A stretch of DNA of 58,527 bases from Histomonas meleagridis 2922-C6/04-290x (taxonomy: Eukaryota; Protista; Parabasalia): assembly GCA_020184695.1 (NCBI GenBank), contig JAANOX010000124.1, forward strand, positions 1-58,527. Reading direction: 5' to 3'. Under the pieces are notes generated by a model that saw only the letters and a program-made list of their open reading frames with translations, searched no databases and was not told where the DNA came from. Shown here piece after piece: positions 43,948 through 57,000 of this stretch (position 1 is the stretch's first letter; every line of letters begins with the position of its first letter). The translations under genes and the position numbers were made by a program.

Positions 43948-45798
43948 ATGAGAGAAGAACTATTAACCATAACAGATTCCTATACTAATCCTAATCCTCC
44001 TAATCTAAACAGCGAACAAGATAACGTTCACCATGAGTATGAAGAGCAACATTACTGGGGTATTAGACCAACAGCCCCTCGATCTGATATTAATTTACCA
44101 GCAATTGAAGCTATGGAAAGCTTCAAAACACACAAAAACTTTTCACCTGGAAAATTCATTTGGTGCCTTTTAATTGGTTGGTGGGTTTCTTTATTTTATT
44201 TCCTTACAGGAATTCTCTTTATGCTCACGGTTATTGGATACAAAAATGGTTTATTCTGTTTTAGGTTTGCCGCATTTATCATATATCCTTTTGGCAGGTA
44301 TGGATATCGAGAAAATAATCAAAAATTTCAAATGCGAGTTATCGACAAAATACTATGGGCTATTCTCTCTCCTATTTATGGTATTGCATCTATTTTAGGA
44401 ATGGCTCTTTCATGGGAGCTTGTTTATTATATTCCCATGGCAAAATTCCTCTTCAAAGGTTTACAACTTTGTTTTCAAGATCCAACCTCAGTTAAGTTCG
44501 AAAAGCTTGTTAACCAAAATCCACAGAATGGACATTTTCCAGTAATGCTACAACAAAATGCTGGTAGTGCCTTTTATTTCAAGTTCAGCATCTTTTCCAT
44601 TGAAGTTGTTTATATTAATTTCATACCATTTCTAATCATTGCACTTATTTGTGGCTTTTTAGCTCCCAAAGGCTCATTTCTCGACGATCCGTTATTTGGC
44701 ACTTTTATGGCACTTTTTGGTGCAATTCCATGTGCGTATGTCATTGGTATTTGTGTTGATGATTTATCACATTCATTAGGTTTAGTTTTAGGTGCCATTT
44801 TGAATGGATTGTTTTTATCAATTGTTGAACTTATACTTTATTATTTTTCATTACGTCAAAACTTAGCAGATGTAGTTCGAGCAGCAGTCACTGGAGCGTT
44901 TTTAATGAATCTTTTGATTATACCAGGCTTTGGTATGTTGGCAGCAGGTCTTAAATGGAATGAAGTAATTCTTAATAAGAAATCGCAAAGTGTTTCAGGC
45001 ACATTTTTGTTGTTGGCAATTGTTTCTGTTCTCTTTCCATCAGTTTTTTATCATGCGCATTCTAATACAGTTTTAGAATGTATTGGATGTTTAGCACCTT
45101 ATGGGAACACGACCGGACCAATGAATTGTTCGATGTGTCATTCCAAAAGCCTTACGAATATTCAAGACGATCCAATATATCAACAATATGCCGGAAAGTT
45201 AATGTATTCGATGTCCATTATCATGCCGTGTATATATATTATTGGTATCTTCTTTTCACTTAAAACTCATGCGCACATTTATGAAAACGAGAAAAAAGAG
45301 GGCGCTGAACATTCACAACAAATGAAGACCCCAATCGCTGTTGTCCTTTTACTTGTTGCGACTGTTTTGTTCTCAGTGATGGCACATGTTATGACTGAAA
45401 AGATTCCGCACGCTATCGATAAGTTAGGATTCTCGCAGCGTTTTGTTGGTTTAGTGTTTTATACATTAATTCCAAATTGCGCAGAATATGTGAACTCAAT
45501 TAAATTCGCATTAAATGGAAACATCGGATTGTCTATGGAAATAGGTAATCAAGGAGCAATCATAACAGCTCTCGTGGAGATGCCTGCGCTGGTTTTGCTG
45601 TCGTACGTGCTCAATAAGGTCTCCGGGTACCAAATGTTCACGTTGATATTCCCAATCATTGATATCTTTTGCGTAATAGTGGCAGTAATGCTTAGAAACT
45701 CAATTCTGAACGAGAAACATATTAACTACTTCACAGGCATTTCGTTCTTGTTGATATTCGTGTTGATATCAGTGGTGTATTTCTTCGAATTCTTTTAA
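43948..45798 (+). CDS. Cation/H+ exchanger (CAX/VNX1-like) with an N-terminal YccF-like domain
   Basis: IWCLLIGWW..PFG (YccF-like); alpha-1 GAILNGLFLSIVEL..VTGAFLMNLL; alpha-2 LIPNCAEYVNSI..SMEIGNQG. Confidence 0.9.
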   Translation: MREELLTITDSYTNPNPPNLNSEQDNVHHEYEEQHYWGIRPTAPRSDINLPAIEAMESFKTHKNFSPGKFIWCLLIGWWVSLFYFLTGILFMLTVIGYKNGLFCFRFAAFIIYPFGRYGYRENNQKFQMRVIDKILWAILSPIYGIASILGMALSWELVYYIPMAKFLFKGLQLCFQDPTSVKFEKLVNQNPQNGHFPVMLQQNAGSAFYFKFSIFSIEVVYINFIPFLIIALICGFLAPKGSFLDDPLFGTFMALFGAIPCAYVIGICVDDLSHSLGLVLGAILNGLFLSIVELILYYFSLRQNLADVVRAAVTGAFLMNLLIIPGFGMLAAGLKWNEVILNKKSQSVSGTFLLLAIVSVLFPSVFYHAHSNTVLECIGCLAPYGNTTGPMNCSMCHSKSLTNIQDDPIYQQYAGKLMYSMSIIMPCIYIIGIFFSLKTHAHIYENEKKEGAEHSQQMKTPIAVVLLLVATVLFSVMAHVMTEKIPHAIDKLGFSQRFVGLVFYTLIPNCAEYVNSIKFALNGNIGLSMEIGNQGAIITALVEMPALVLLSYVLNKVSGYQMFTLIFPIIDIFCVIVAVMLRNSILNEKHINYFTGISFLLIFVLISVVYFFEFF

Positions 45799-46639
45799 GT
45801 TGAAAGTTTTTGTATCAAATAAATTAAATTTATTTTCATTTTTATTGTATATATCTTATGCGTAATGGCGTGAAAATGAACGAAGTATTGCAATTTGTGT
45901 ACACGTTGTCGCTTTGCTGCAGATTGAAATGATAATTAATTGTTTTGAAATAGTCGAAAATATATGCCCACGAAGTGCACGCGAAATAAGTTCGGTGTAT
46001 AAGTTTTGGCTTAGCTGAACGGGTGGCTTGGAATTGTTTGTTTGTATTAGTTATTGCACCTAAAAATTATTCAATAGCTTGAACATAGGAAGTGAGGATC
46101 ACGCAATAGTGATCGTTGGTTTAAGTGAAAATGTCTTCGTCGTTTTGAATTTGTATCTGGTAAATTTGTTTGAGTTGTTGTAACAGGTGTTCGATTTTCT
46201 GGTTTTCGCTTTTTGTTTTAAATAAATGTCAAGAATGTTCTTGGAAAGCTCATCAATGACATCTGGTTAATACGCTCATAGGGACTGTCGACCGTTATGA
46301 GCGGTGGTTTAGGATATTCCGGGCGCAAAATAGGACGATATGGCTTAAAATCCATTTTTTTCGCTAGGGGGTAACATGATTTAGACTGGAGGTACCAATT
46401 AACGTCCTCCGCAGAATAAAAGCCTAAGCAAAAAAATACGGTCAGAATTGAAAACAAAAAAATTCAAAGGTACTCTACAAGCAAAAGGGAAAATTTGAAT
46501 ACCTTCTTATCAATAAGTGGAAATGCCTTTCAATTATGCGTGATTTTTTGAATAGCATTGAAAAATTCACATTCGAAATATATTTGTGAGAAATAATTCC
46601 CTCTCAAATTTGATTTCTATGTTATACATTTTTCGACAT

Positions 46640-49136
46640 TATTTAGTATTAAATTACCTCTTCGTCTAATTAAAATTAGTTGTTCTTGATTTGTTATTTT
46701 TTCCCATTCTCCAATAAAATTAATTATAGTTTTCTTACCTTTAGATGATACATCTACTTGAAATCCTGGAATTGACGTTGTTCCTCTTTCTAATATTAAA
46801 TTGATAGAATTTGATGTTGTAAATTGTGTTTCTAATATATCTTTAATATTATCTTTTGAAATTTATGTTTTTTAACAACAATTCCTTTTGTTGTGACTTT
46901 TATATTTGATATTTCTTGATTAAATTGAACAGTTAAGTAGTTGAATTTAGAATAAATTAAGTCTTTATAAGCTTGAAAATCTAAATAAACCTTTTTTCCT
47001 GTAAAATTAATTTTTTCGTTATTTTTTTGTGAAATTATCGATTGTGAAAGGAAGAATTTTGGTATATTTACTACATAATAATTATTCATTTTTGAATTTC
47101 GAAAATTGATAGAAAGATTGGTGTTTGAAATATTGAGTTTAGAAATATGATCTTTAAGAGATAAATTCATATTAATACTGATATTAGATTGAGTTTTTGA
47201 TGAAATTGTAACTTCAGATTTTTGTGTACGTAAACATGTTAATGGAATTGATGTTTTATTATTACCTTGAGGTCTCACCAATTGGAGAGACATCAGGGTA
47301 TCTTCATTTATTTGCAAGTTAACTAATTTTGATCCAGGATAAATTCTTTTATATATATTTTCCATAGTTTCTTAATGAATTACTAAAAATCCTTTATCAC
47401 ATTCTTCTCCAATACAATATTTTTCATGCACAAATGGTGGAAGAGTTTGGAAAACTAATTGAACACAACTTAAACTATCATTTTTTCCATATGTTAATTC
47501 TGCAAACTCTTCAGAAATTTTACCATATTTATATAATTTGCTATTGATAAAATTAAGTTTCCATGAATCCTTTGCTATTGATTTTCTGGAACAAACTAAA
47601 TCTATAGGAATATTTAATATAGTTTCAAGAGACTCAAAATCAAAAAAAATTACACTTACATTAAATTTGACGTCCAAAATAAATTTAGATCCTTCTATAG
47701 GTATTATTGGAGATTCTGTTATAATATATCCATGTGAATATTGTACATCTTCTTCGACTGTTATATCAAATGTTAAATGTCCATTAGAAACAAGATTAAA
47801 TTCTTGAAGATATTTTGAATCATTTTTCGTAATTTCCATATTTTTGTAAACAGTAAATATATTATTTGAAATATAATCACCTTGAGGTTCATATGCTAGC
47901 ACTAAAGTAAGCGTTGATTTCGAATTAATTTTTGAATTATTTGATCCATATATTTTTTTTGCATAAAATGTTACAGGATTTTGAAGATTTGATTGGATAG
48001 AATCGAATTCATTGTTAATCTTAATGAATCCATTAATTCCAACTTTTATTGAGGTAATAATAATATTTAGTTCTTCATCACAATCATTAATTATATTCGC
48101 TGGAATATTTTGTGCGCCAATTTCGATTTTTGCTTTATGTTTTTGGATAATTTCAAAAAATTGTTCATCATTATTTTCACAAAGTGAAAATGGCCAAGAA
48201 GTATTGAGAAAACAAATAGTTCCTTATATTAGTTTAAAGTCAAAATGAAACATTTCGTGTGAATTTAACCATCCTTTATAGTTAACAATAAGTTTGTTCT
48301 TAATTCCTTCAAAATTAACTTTTGGAAGAACAAAAGTTGATTTTATGGTTAGTTTATATAAACATTCGAAAGGAATTAAATCAAATTGAAGATGTGAAAT
48401 CAATAAGTTAAGATTTGTTCAAATATCTTTGAAAATTTTGACTGATTTTGAATACGATTCAGAAAATTTATAATTAATAATTATATTTGATGGAATTGAA
48501 TCATCAATATTTAATAACTTAAATTCACATGCTTCAATTAACGAAGCAGAAGAAAGTGAATTAGTATTAGAGATTAATGTATAGCATGCTATTTCATGAA
48601 ATACTAAGATCTTCGTCTGAACGAAGAAAAGAATTCTTAAGTGTAAGAACATTTTTGATTATAACATTATTAATAATATTTGCACTGATATTTTCGAGCG
48701 AAAGTTCTTTGTCTTTATCATTCGATTTTGATAATTCAAGATTTACAAATGAATCGGTTGATAAACCAATGATATCAAAATCTTCTTCAAGGGAAGAAGC
48801 ATCTATGGTTACTGAACTTGCATTTCCATTCACGTAAAGTTTGGTATATCCTGAAATTAAACTTTGATCAAATTTAGGTATTGGGATGAATTTTGCATTT
48901 AAACCTTCGCACAAATTTGAAGTTTGTGCGATGCAAATATTTTTACTTGAACAAAATTGTGTTAGCAATGATAAAAGATACAAGGAAAATTCCAAAATTT
49001 GTTTTGTACATTTGAAGGAGATTGAATGCATCGCTTCTAACGATTTTTTGTATATTTTTTGATCGGATGACAAGATTTTGAGCGGAAATTGACAAGTAAT
49101 TTGAATGATATTGTTTTCTAATACACAAATTAACAT
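46640..49136 (-). pseudogene. Long (~800-codon) unknown gene broken by in-frame stops and frameshifts
   Basis: The frame of ORF 48419..48652 continues past TGA and TAA stops through 47372..47902 and 46832..47365. ORF 48594..49136 joins by a frameshift. Confidence 0.5.
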
Positions 49137-49635
49137 TCGCTATTCAATGAATGCCAATTTAATTAAATTATTTTAGATATATTCTGAAACATATTCATTT
49201 TTTATTTAAATGATAATAATCAAATATTACTTAAACTCATCGATATATCAAGTTGCGTAAAAAATTATGTACCTGAAAAAGGAACCCTGCCCTTCGGCAT
49301 GACTAAATGTATTTTTATCAGAGATCCTCGTAAATCACTCAACTAAATAATAGTTACGTATTATATTATTGATATATATTATTTTATATATTCTGGACAT
49401 TCGATGATAGATCTGATCTTCACTTTTTATGAATCTTCTCGACATTCTTTGTATATACTGTGTTTTCTATTCGTATATTCTTCATATATGTTTTTATATT
49501 TTTTAAAAATGATTAGAAAAAATATTTTATTACAAACTTTTTTCCATATACATTCATGTGTTTTTAAGTAGTGATAGGAGGATATGAAATTTTGGAAACA
49601 TTCCTTTTTCCGATATCCGATTAATCAACAATTTA

Positions 49636-49669
<34 letters not shown>

Positions 49670-52090
49670 TTAATATAAGGTGATATGTTTACTATACAAA
49701 ATTTTGGGCCTATTTATTCTCTAAAAAAAATGTAAATTCTTCTTTTCTTGAATAATTCTTCTATCTTATAAGTCTTCAATAATAGTACATGTATATAATA
49801 AACCGAAGTTGTAATGTTCTACCAATAGGTAGTAAGTTTAAATTTAATAAAATTCAGGAATTACTTAATGAAAAACTTTTTCATTTACAAAACATTTACA
49901 TGAAAAACGCAATTATCCTAAAATATATTCATATAAATTTCATCTGATAACTATGAATCAAAAAAAATATCATAAAAGGCAGATTACCGATATATTATAT
50001 GAGAAAAAATAAAGATTGATTTCCACATCACAATATATAGTAAATAAAATATATTTTTAATAATATTATTTTATTATATAAGATGTGTATACTAATTACA
50101 TATGATTAAAGTAAACTAACTTTATTTGGTGAAGGAAAAAATAGATTGAAATTTTGATGCCTAAAATTTCATCGAAAAAGTTTAAAAAAATATTGGTCGT
50201 AATCGTGTAAAACTTTGTAAATAAATTTCTATTTTACATTAAATAAAGGATTCAAAACCGCATATATAGGAATAAAGAATCCTATTGAAGAAAATAATAT
50301 ATTATATGCATATAAACTTTAAATATGATATGTAAAATTTTAAAAAATAGCAAATATATCATGCCTATACGTGAACACCTATCATGTATATTAATGTTTT
50401 CCAAGAGTCCCAATAATTTTTTAATAAAGGTTTAAAAATAATGAATATTCTAGGAAGCACTATAATATTAGGGGTAAAAAAAGATTGACCCCCATACAAT
50501 TTTAATCAATAAAATAAATTTTATTTTAATTTTCTTTAACTATAATAAAAAGTACTGTGGTTAATTACCATTTTAAATTTTTTTATTTGTTTTTTTAATT
50601 ATATTTTTTGGCTCTTGGAAATTCACTTTATTGTTATGTTCATATGTTATCTTCTTATCTTCTAAATATTTTATTATTCTTCTAAATAATTAAATATTAT
50701 ATGAATTATGATTGATTCAATAATATTGATTTGGTACTAATTTTTCTTTTAGATTCTTCAATTTTTCGATTATAAGTTATTATTTGTGAACTTTACAATA
50801 ATCGTTATGAACCATCACATTTTTCATCTCCTATTTATCCTTTATTTTGCCAATATAAAATTAAATTTCTAGTATTAGATTATCAAAGAAATATTATTAA
50901 TTATAAATATCTACATGTAAAAGTATTATGTGAAATAGAAGGGAATTTTCATCAAGTAGCATTGTCAGCATGAATTGTTGTTATATAAAATTGACATTGA
51001 GTTACGGATGAGTACTTCATTAGCTGACAAAGCATAATTTTATAACTTTCATACTATAAATATAACATCAAACTTTCATTTGTTATAATATAAATAAAAA
51101 ACTTATTTCTAACTTTCTTTAATATTTGTCAAAATTCATTCGAATGTTGTACCATTTCATTTCTTCTAACAACCGTTAATTTATATGGGATCAGCTTTCG
51201 AACATATTTTATATTATGCAAAGCATACTTGAAAACTTTTAATGATATTTAATGTATTACCTAATATTTCAATAATATGTTTTTGGTACTTGCATATAAA
51301 TATTTTGGGAAGATCTATGTAAATGACTCAATTAAGTTACTGTCGTACATTTTATTAGTATACTGAAATAAGTATAATAAATTCACTTTTTTGCATTTTT
51401 CACAAATCATCTTTAAAGTTCTTATGCATATATAATTTTCTCTAACTTGATTCTTTAATACTGTATATATGATTTTTAATCTTAATCAATGAGGATGTAA
51501 TATTTAATTATAAAGTTTCACATATATTCAACCATGATTTATTTGAACTTTTTCAATGAGATTTTGATCACCACCGGAATTTCAAACAAATTTTTTTCAT
51601 TATCAAAAAGAAGTTTAAAAACTTTAATTATAGTTTATTAATACACACATCTTATATAATAAAATAATATTATTAAAAATATTTTATTATTCATTTGATG
51701 TGAAGATATATGGGTCAATATAAATTGACCTCCATATATTTTTTAATATATATTAAAATACATTCATTCTATATTATAAATTTATATTATTAATTTTTAT
51801 ATGAGCTAAATGTCTATATATCAATCATCATAATTTATTCGATTACAAATATATTTAAACAAATTATTTTCATAAAATTTAATTAAATTTAAATAGAATA
51901 TATTATGTTTGAATCATTGAGCTATTTATAAAATATTATATGTATTAATTGATTTTGCTGATTATAATATTTGCTTGTTACTGACTTAAACTAATAAATT
52001 ATTTTTCTTTTAACGTATACCCTATTATTTATTATTCATATTGATAATTCAATATTTTATGCATTATGCGTTTGATATTTATTCGTTATT

Positions 52091-52961
52091 ATGAATTACA
52101 ATCAGCCTCAACAATCTACTCTCCCGTTTATTGATAATATTCTCTCTTATTTTTGGCTTTTTACGAATGAAGACGCAGCTATTCAATTCGCATTACAGAA
52201 TGGAGTTATTTATAATCAAATGATGTGTGAAGAATGTAATTTCAATATGCAGATCTACAGAGATTCTTCAAAAGGATTTGGATACAAATGGATATGCCCA
52301 AGATGCCACAAATCAAAAAGTATTTAATATGGAAGTATTTATTACTCAGCAAAAATACCACTTTCTAAAATTTTTCATTTATTATATTGTTGGGCATATA
52401 AATATTCATATAAAGATACTGCAAGAGAAGTAGGAGTGAGTAGAAACACAGTAACATATTATTTTACTTTATTTAGAAATGCCTGTGATGCATATGTTTT
52501 ATCTTTAAAAGGTCTTATTGTTGGTGGTCCTGATAAAACTGTTCAAATAGATGAAACTTTAATGTGCTGAAGGAAATATAATGTTGAACGAGGTTTAAAT
52601 CAAGTATGGATTTTTGGGGGAATTTGTGTTGAAGATAGACAATTCTTTTGTCTTGTTGTACCTGATCGAACAAGAGAAACATTAGAAGAAGAGATTCGTA
52701 ATCATATATTACCTGAAACAAAAATAATTTCTGATTGCTTATAAGCATATGACTTTCTTGATGATGACAGTGATTACGAACATGAAACTGTTAATCATTC
52801 ATGTAATTTTGTTGATCAAAACTAAAGCCCACATTCAAATGATAGAAAGACTTTGGAGGGAACTTAAAAAAATTAATAAAAGATATGAAGGAATTCCAGA
52901 AAGCAAAGTCAATGAACATATATCAGAGTTCATGTGGAGATGGAATGTTATTCACAATTAG
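52091..52961 (+). pseudogene. IS1595/ISXO2 (Merlin-like) transposase
   Basis: Zn ribbon CEEC..WICPRC, GGPDKTVQIDET, VWIFGG, KIISDC and IQMIERLW..EFMWR; several stops. Confidence 0.85.
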
Positions 52962-55900
52962 AATCGAATATTTATAGCCGCCGTTCAATTAATTGCAGAC
53001 ACAAAGTTTACAAAAGTAATTGATTGCGATGAAGAAGAAGAATTGGAATAAGTAAAAATTCATATCTTCGAGTGTTATTATTATTTTTTTTGAAATATAT
53101 ATTATTTTATTATATTATTTATATATTCATTTTGTGAAAATTATTTTGTTACAAATTTTGTAATTTCGAAAATTCGATTTTTTAAAAATCTGTATTGATT
53201 ATCTTTATTTGATGACTTATCTCGTTATATTGTTTATATTTTGTTTAGTTTAAATTTTTTGTTGTGAATTTCGAAATTTTAAGAATTCAATTTAAAAAAA
53301 AAATCGGCATTAATCAATCCTATATTGTTATAAACCTTCTTAATGTTTTAAATACACTTTAGTTCCATTAAATTTTTACATAAATTTGATGTCAAAAAAA
53401 TCATATCAATTTTAAAAAATCAAAAAAATTCATTGATATATCTCATGAATAAACTTAGCATATGTTAAAAACTTTGATAGAATATTATTATAATATATAT
53501 TAACGATTGGATTTTTCCGAAATAATGCAATTTAAGAAATTCCTCAATTTCGGAACAACCACATTACTTATGTTTAGTAATGTATGCATATTTATTAACC
53601 AGAATTTTGTCCAATTAAATATATTGTAATCTTGAAAAAGAAATAAAATAATTTTTCGAAGAATGATGTTTATTCAATTATTGAATAATGATTCAATATT
53701 TATACGTATAATTCTGCGTCAAAAGCTGTTAATTACAAACTCATCTATTCAAAAAGTGAACATTTCTTCGAAGAATTACTAAATACACAAGTTCATTTTT
53801 GAGCGATTATATTATTACTTTGTAAATTTTTCATTTTTGTATGCAAAAAATAGTGGAATAATATATTGCATTTTAAAAAAATGTTAGAATATTTTTTGAA
53901 ACTCAAATCTTATGAAATATATAATTTTTAATAACAAAAAATTGAAATAATTCTTCATTGATAATAATCTATTTTCAAATTTTACCAAAAACACGGGAAT
54001 TCAACATATTCATAGTTTCATATGTACATGAATCTATATTTAAAAATATTCTTTAAATTATTAAGAAAACTTGTGTATTAAGTTATTATCATTATATTAA
54101 TTGATTTAGTGAGAGATTGATGAAAAATATAAATTTTTGATCATTATTTTTAATATGATTACGATTAGTTGATCTTTTATATCATAGTTATGATTAATAT
54201 TTATGAATAAACTTTTTATTAATAAAAAAATAGTTCAACATAAATACATTTTCATGGTAGATCTTATAGGTCTTCTTTTACATTCTTAATCACTACATAT
54301 ATATATATATATATATATCCATTGATATCGAACATTATCTAAAATTTTTTTTTAGTGATTTCATCGAACCTTGATTCAAAAAATAATTGTAATTTACAAT
54401 TTTTATAATTGTATCAGAAATATAATTTTTGAGAAAAATTATTTTCAAATATTTGATCATTTTACCTCTATAATGAATAAAATCTACTCTCTTTTATATC
54501 TTTTATTTCAAATTCATTAAGTACAATTACTTTTATTACTTTTCGAGTTACTACCCAATCTTATAAGATTATGCATAATATTTTGTGTATTAAAATAATT
54601 TTTCAAAATTGAATATCATTCTAATTTATCTAATTATATTAAATTTATTGATAGATCATGATAACTTAGTATATTTAAAAAAATTTCATTATTTAAATTA
54701 TAAGTGAGAGACTAAATTAAAATAGAAATCATTATTTATGTACACAACCATATAATAAATGTTGAAATACCTAATTCTCTTTATTACAATAGAATAACTT
54801 ATTTAATAGAATATTATTACATGAAATTATAATCCCAAAATCAGCGATGTCAATTTCTTCGGAATATTTTAACTCATATTGTATTATGTTCAAATATGTT
54901 AAAACCATGCGATTTTTCGTGTTGTATTACATTCGAATAATAGTAAGGAATTCTAAATATTCTTTTTATTTACAATATAAAAAGAACACTTAGTTTGTAT
55001 AAACTTTATACAGTATTGAATCAAAAATTTCTTTAAATGGATTCAAATAATAATGTTTTTTCATTTGATCTATAATATCTTGTTGCTTATTCACTAATGA
55101 TTCTTCATGTTCACTTATGTTCATCCAAATTCATTTGTGTTTGTATAGACCTACTCATGTTCTCTAATGAATTTTATAGTTAATTCATGTTTATTTCTTA
55201 TAATTTATGTTGTTTATTATATTTCAAAATCAATTTTCATGATTTTTGTTTTTTATAATGAATAGAACTCAATAATATTAACTGAATATAAATCAAAATT
55301 AATGAGAAATTTGAATATATCATATAATTCTGAAAAATGTGATAGAGAGATTTATCAACCCTCTAATATCAAGTGAAATTGATTATCTATCATAAAAAAA
55401 TTAAAATTGAAATTATTTAATATTTATCAAAGAGCATTAATAATTATACATATTTTTTTAGTTTACAGATTAAAATTATAAATGTGTATCGATTTATTAA
55501 CTAAACAATATTTTTTCTGTGGCGACCGTTTGGAGTACAACCTGAATGTTAATTTAACCCTCATTAATATTCGATGTTTCAAATAAATACATAAATCATG
55601 TGTTTGATATTAATGTATAATATTGATTATTAATATCTAAAAAAGAACCACAAAATACACAAAATGATGCAGCAGATTTGCAATTAGTTGTGAGTTAGGA
55701 TCAAGCATTTGAAATGTAATTATTCTTGTATCATTTGAATTTCTCTAAATCGATTGCATTTAAACATGTGTAAATTGATATGTGAACAAATCGATTTGGT
55801 GACATTTTATTAATTCCCAGGAAATTTTATGTCAGAATATGTAAAACATTGAAATAGATTTTGATTCGGTATATTTTCTCACGAAAATATTTTGAATGTG

Positions 55901-55999
55901 AATTTTTCAATGCTATTCAAAAAATCACGCATGATTGAAAGGCATTTTTACTTTTTGATAGGAAGGTATTCAAATCCTCCCATTAGGTTGGAGAGTACC

Positions 56000-57000
56000 G
56001 AAAAGTCAATAGTAGTTAAATATATTGAACTTACCTTTTCAGAAACATGTTGAATTAATTCATTTATTAAATTAATATGTTCAGTAGTACCATTAGGATG
56101 TTGCATAAAACCTTTTTGATTTCTAGAAATAAAAGGGTGAATATTATTTAATCTATGGAAAGCTTTAGATAAAATAACCATCCAAATTCTATAAAAACTT
56201 GGAGCTATTGTTATGGGTCTTGAAGAATGTGAAACATTTGGATCACCTTTTTTATAAAGCATGATCGTTTTACCTAATTTTAAAAGTTTTGGACATTTAT
56301 GAGATTTAATTACTATATCAATTGTGATCTGTAACATTTTAACAGTATTATCATTACCAAGTATCCATATAAAATTTGAAATTCCATCTGGTCCATGAGC
56401 ATATAAATTAGATCTTGATTTAATGATATTTTTAATAAGATTTTCATTAAATGATTCATTAATTAAAAATTCATTATTTTCGTTAGTTAAAATTTTAGAA
56501 ATATTAATTACATCTGAATTATTTAAAACTTTTTCTTGATTCCAATTTTTACCATATTCATTCATAAATTCTTCCGGTTCAAGGTTACATTCGAGTGAAG
56601 TTTTATTAGTTATATACCATTTAAGACATCTATTTGAATCTTCATAATAAGTAGATTGGATTAAATCCTTATATTTATTATTTTTATTATTTCCTATGAT
56701 ATTTTGATGTTCTTGAATTTTAGCATTTATAAATTCAATTTTGTCCTGAAGGTTATCTTCTGTAACTTTCATTAAATTAAGAATATCTTCAATATTATTA
56801 ATATTCAATAGAGATTTTATGCCATTGGGGAGGAATTGCATCAAATTTATAATCTTTTAAGATATTTGATTAAACATATTTTGAATATTCTGAGTTTGAT
56901 TTTTATGACTAAGCTCATTAACTTTCTTAATCCAGCTAGTTAATTTATAAAGATTATGATTATCTTTCTTTAAATTTTAGATATTTTTAAATCTTTCATA
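56000..57000 (-). pseudogene. 5' fragment of an RLE non-LTR element (RT up to motif 3), cut off at the TIR
   Basis: HGPDGIS, YKKGDP..RPITI, NQKGF, YLTTIDF; homologous to element A. Confidence 0.85.

Larger units (their letters stand above)
46469..55999. mobile_element. ~9.5-kb segment bounded by ~160-bp TIRs (GGTACTC...GAGTACC), MULE-related, no own transposase seen
   Basis: Ungapped manual alignment of 46469.. with the reverse complement of ..55999 gives 14 mismatches in the first 120 nt. The sequence is related to the MULE end at 40186. No TSD. Confidence 0.6.

Noticed and set aside
45820-46457. Minus-strand gene downstream of the exchanger
   Set aside because: Signal-peptide-like start, but multiple stops and no recognisable domain.
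46640-49136. TAA/TAG reassignment to Gln explaining in-frame stops
   Set aside because: Long host ORFs (1100 and 616 aa) have no internal TAA and end in TAA; disruptions also include TGA and frameshifts.
50484-51736. attgacc(c/t)ccata motifs as IS1595 TIRs
   Set aside because: Both lie upstream of the transposase, are short and do not flank it.
49645-54318. (AT)n microsatellites at ~49645 and ~54295
   Set aside because: Ordinary in a very AT-rich genome.
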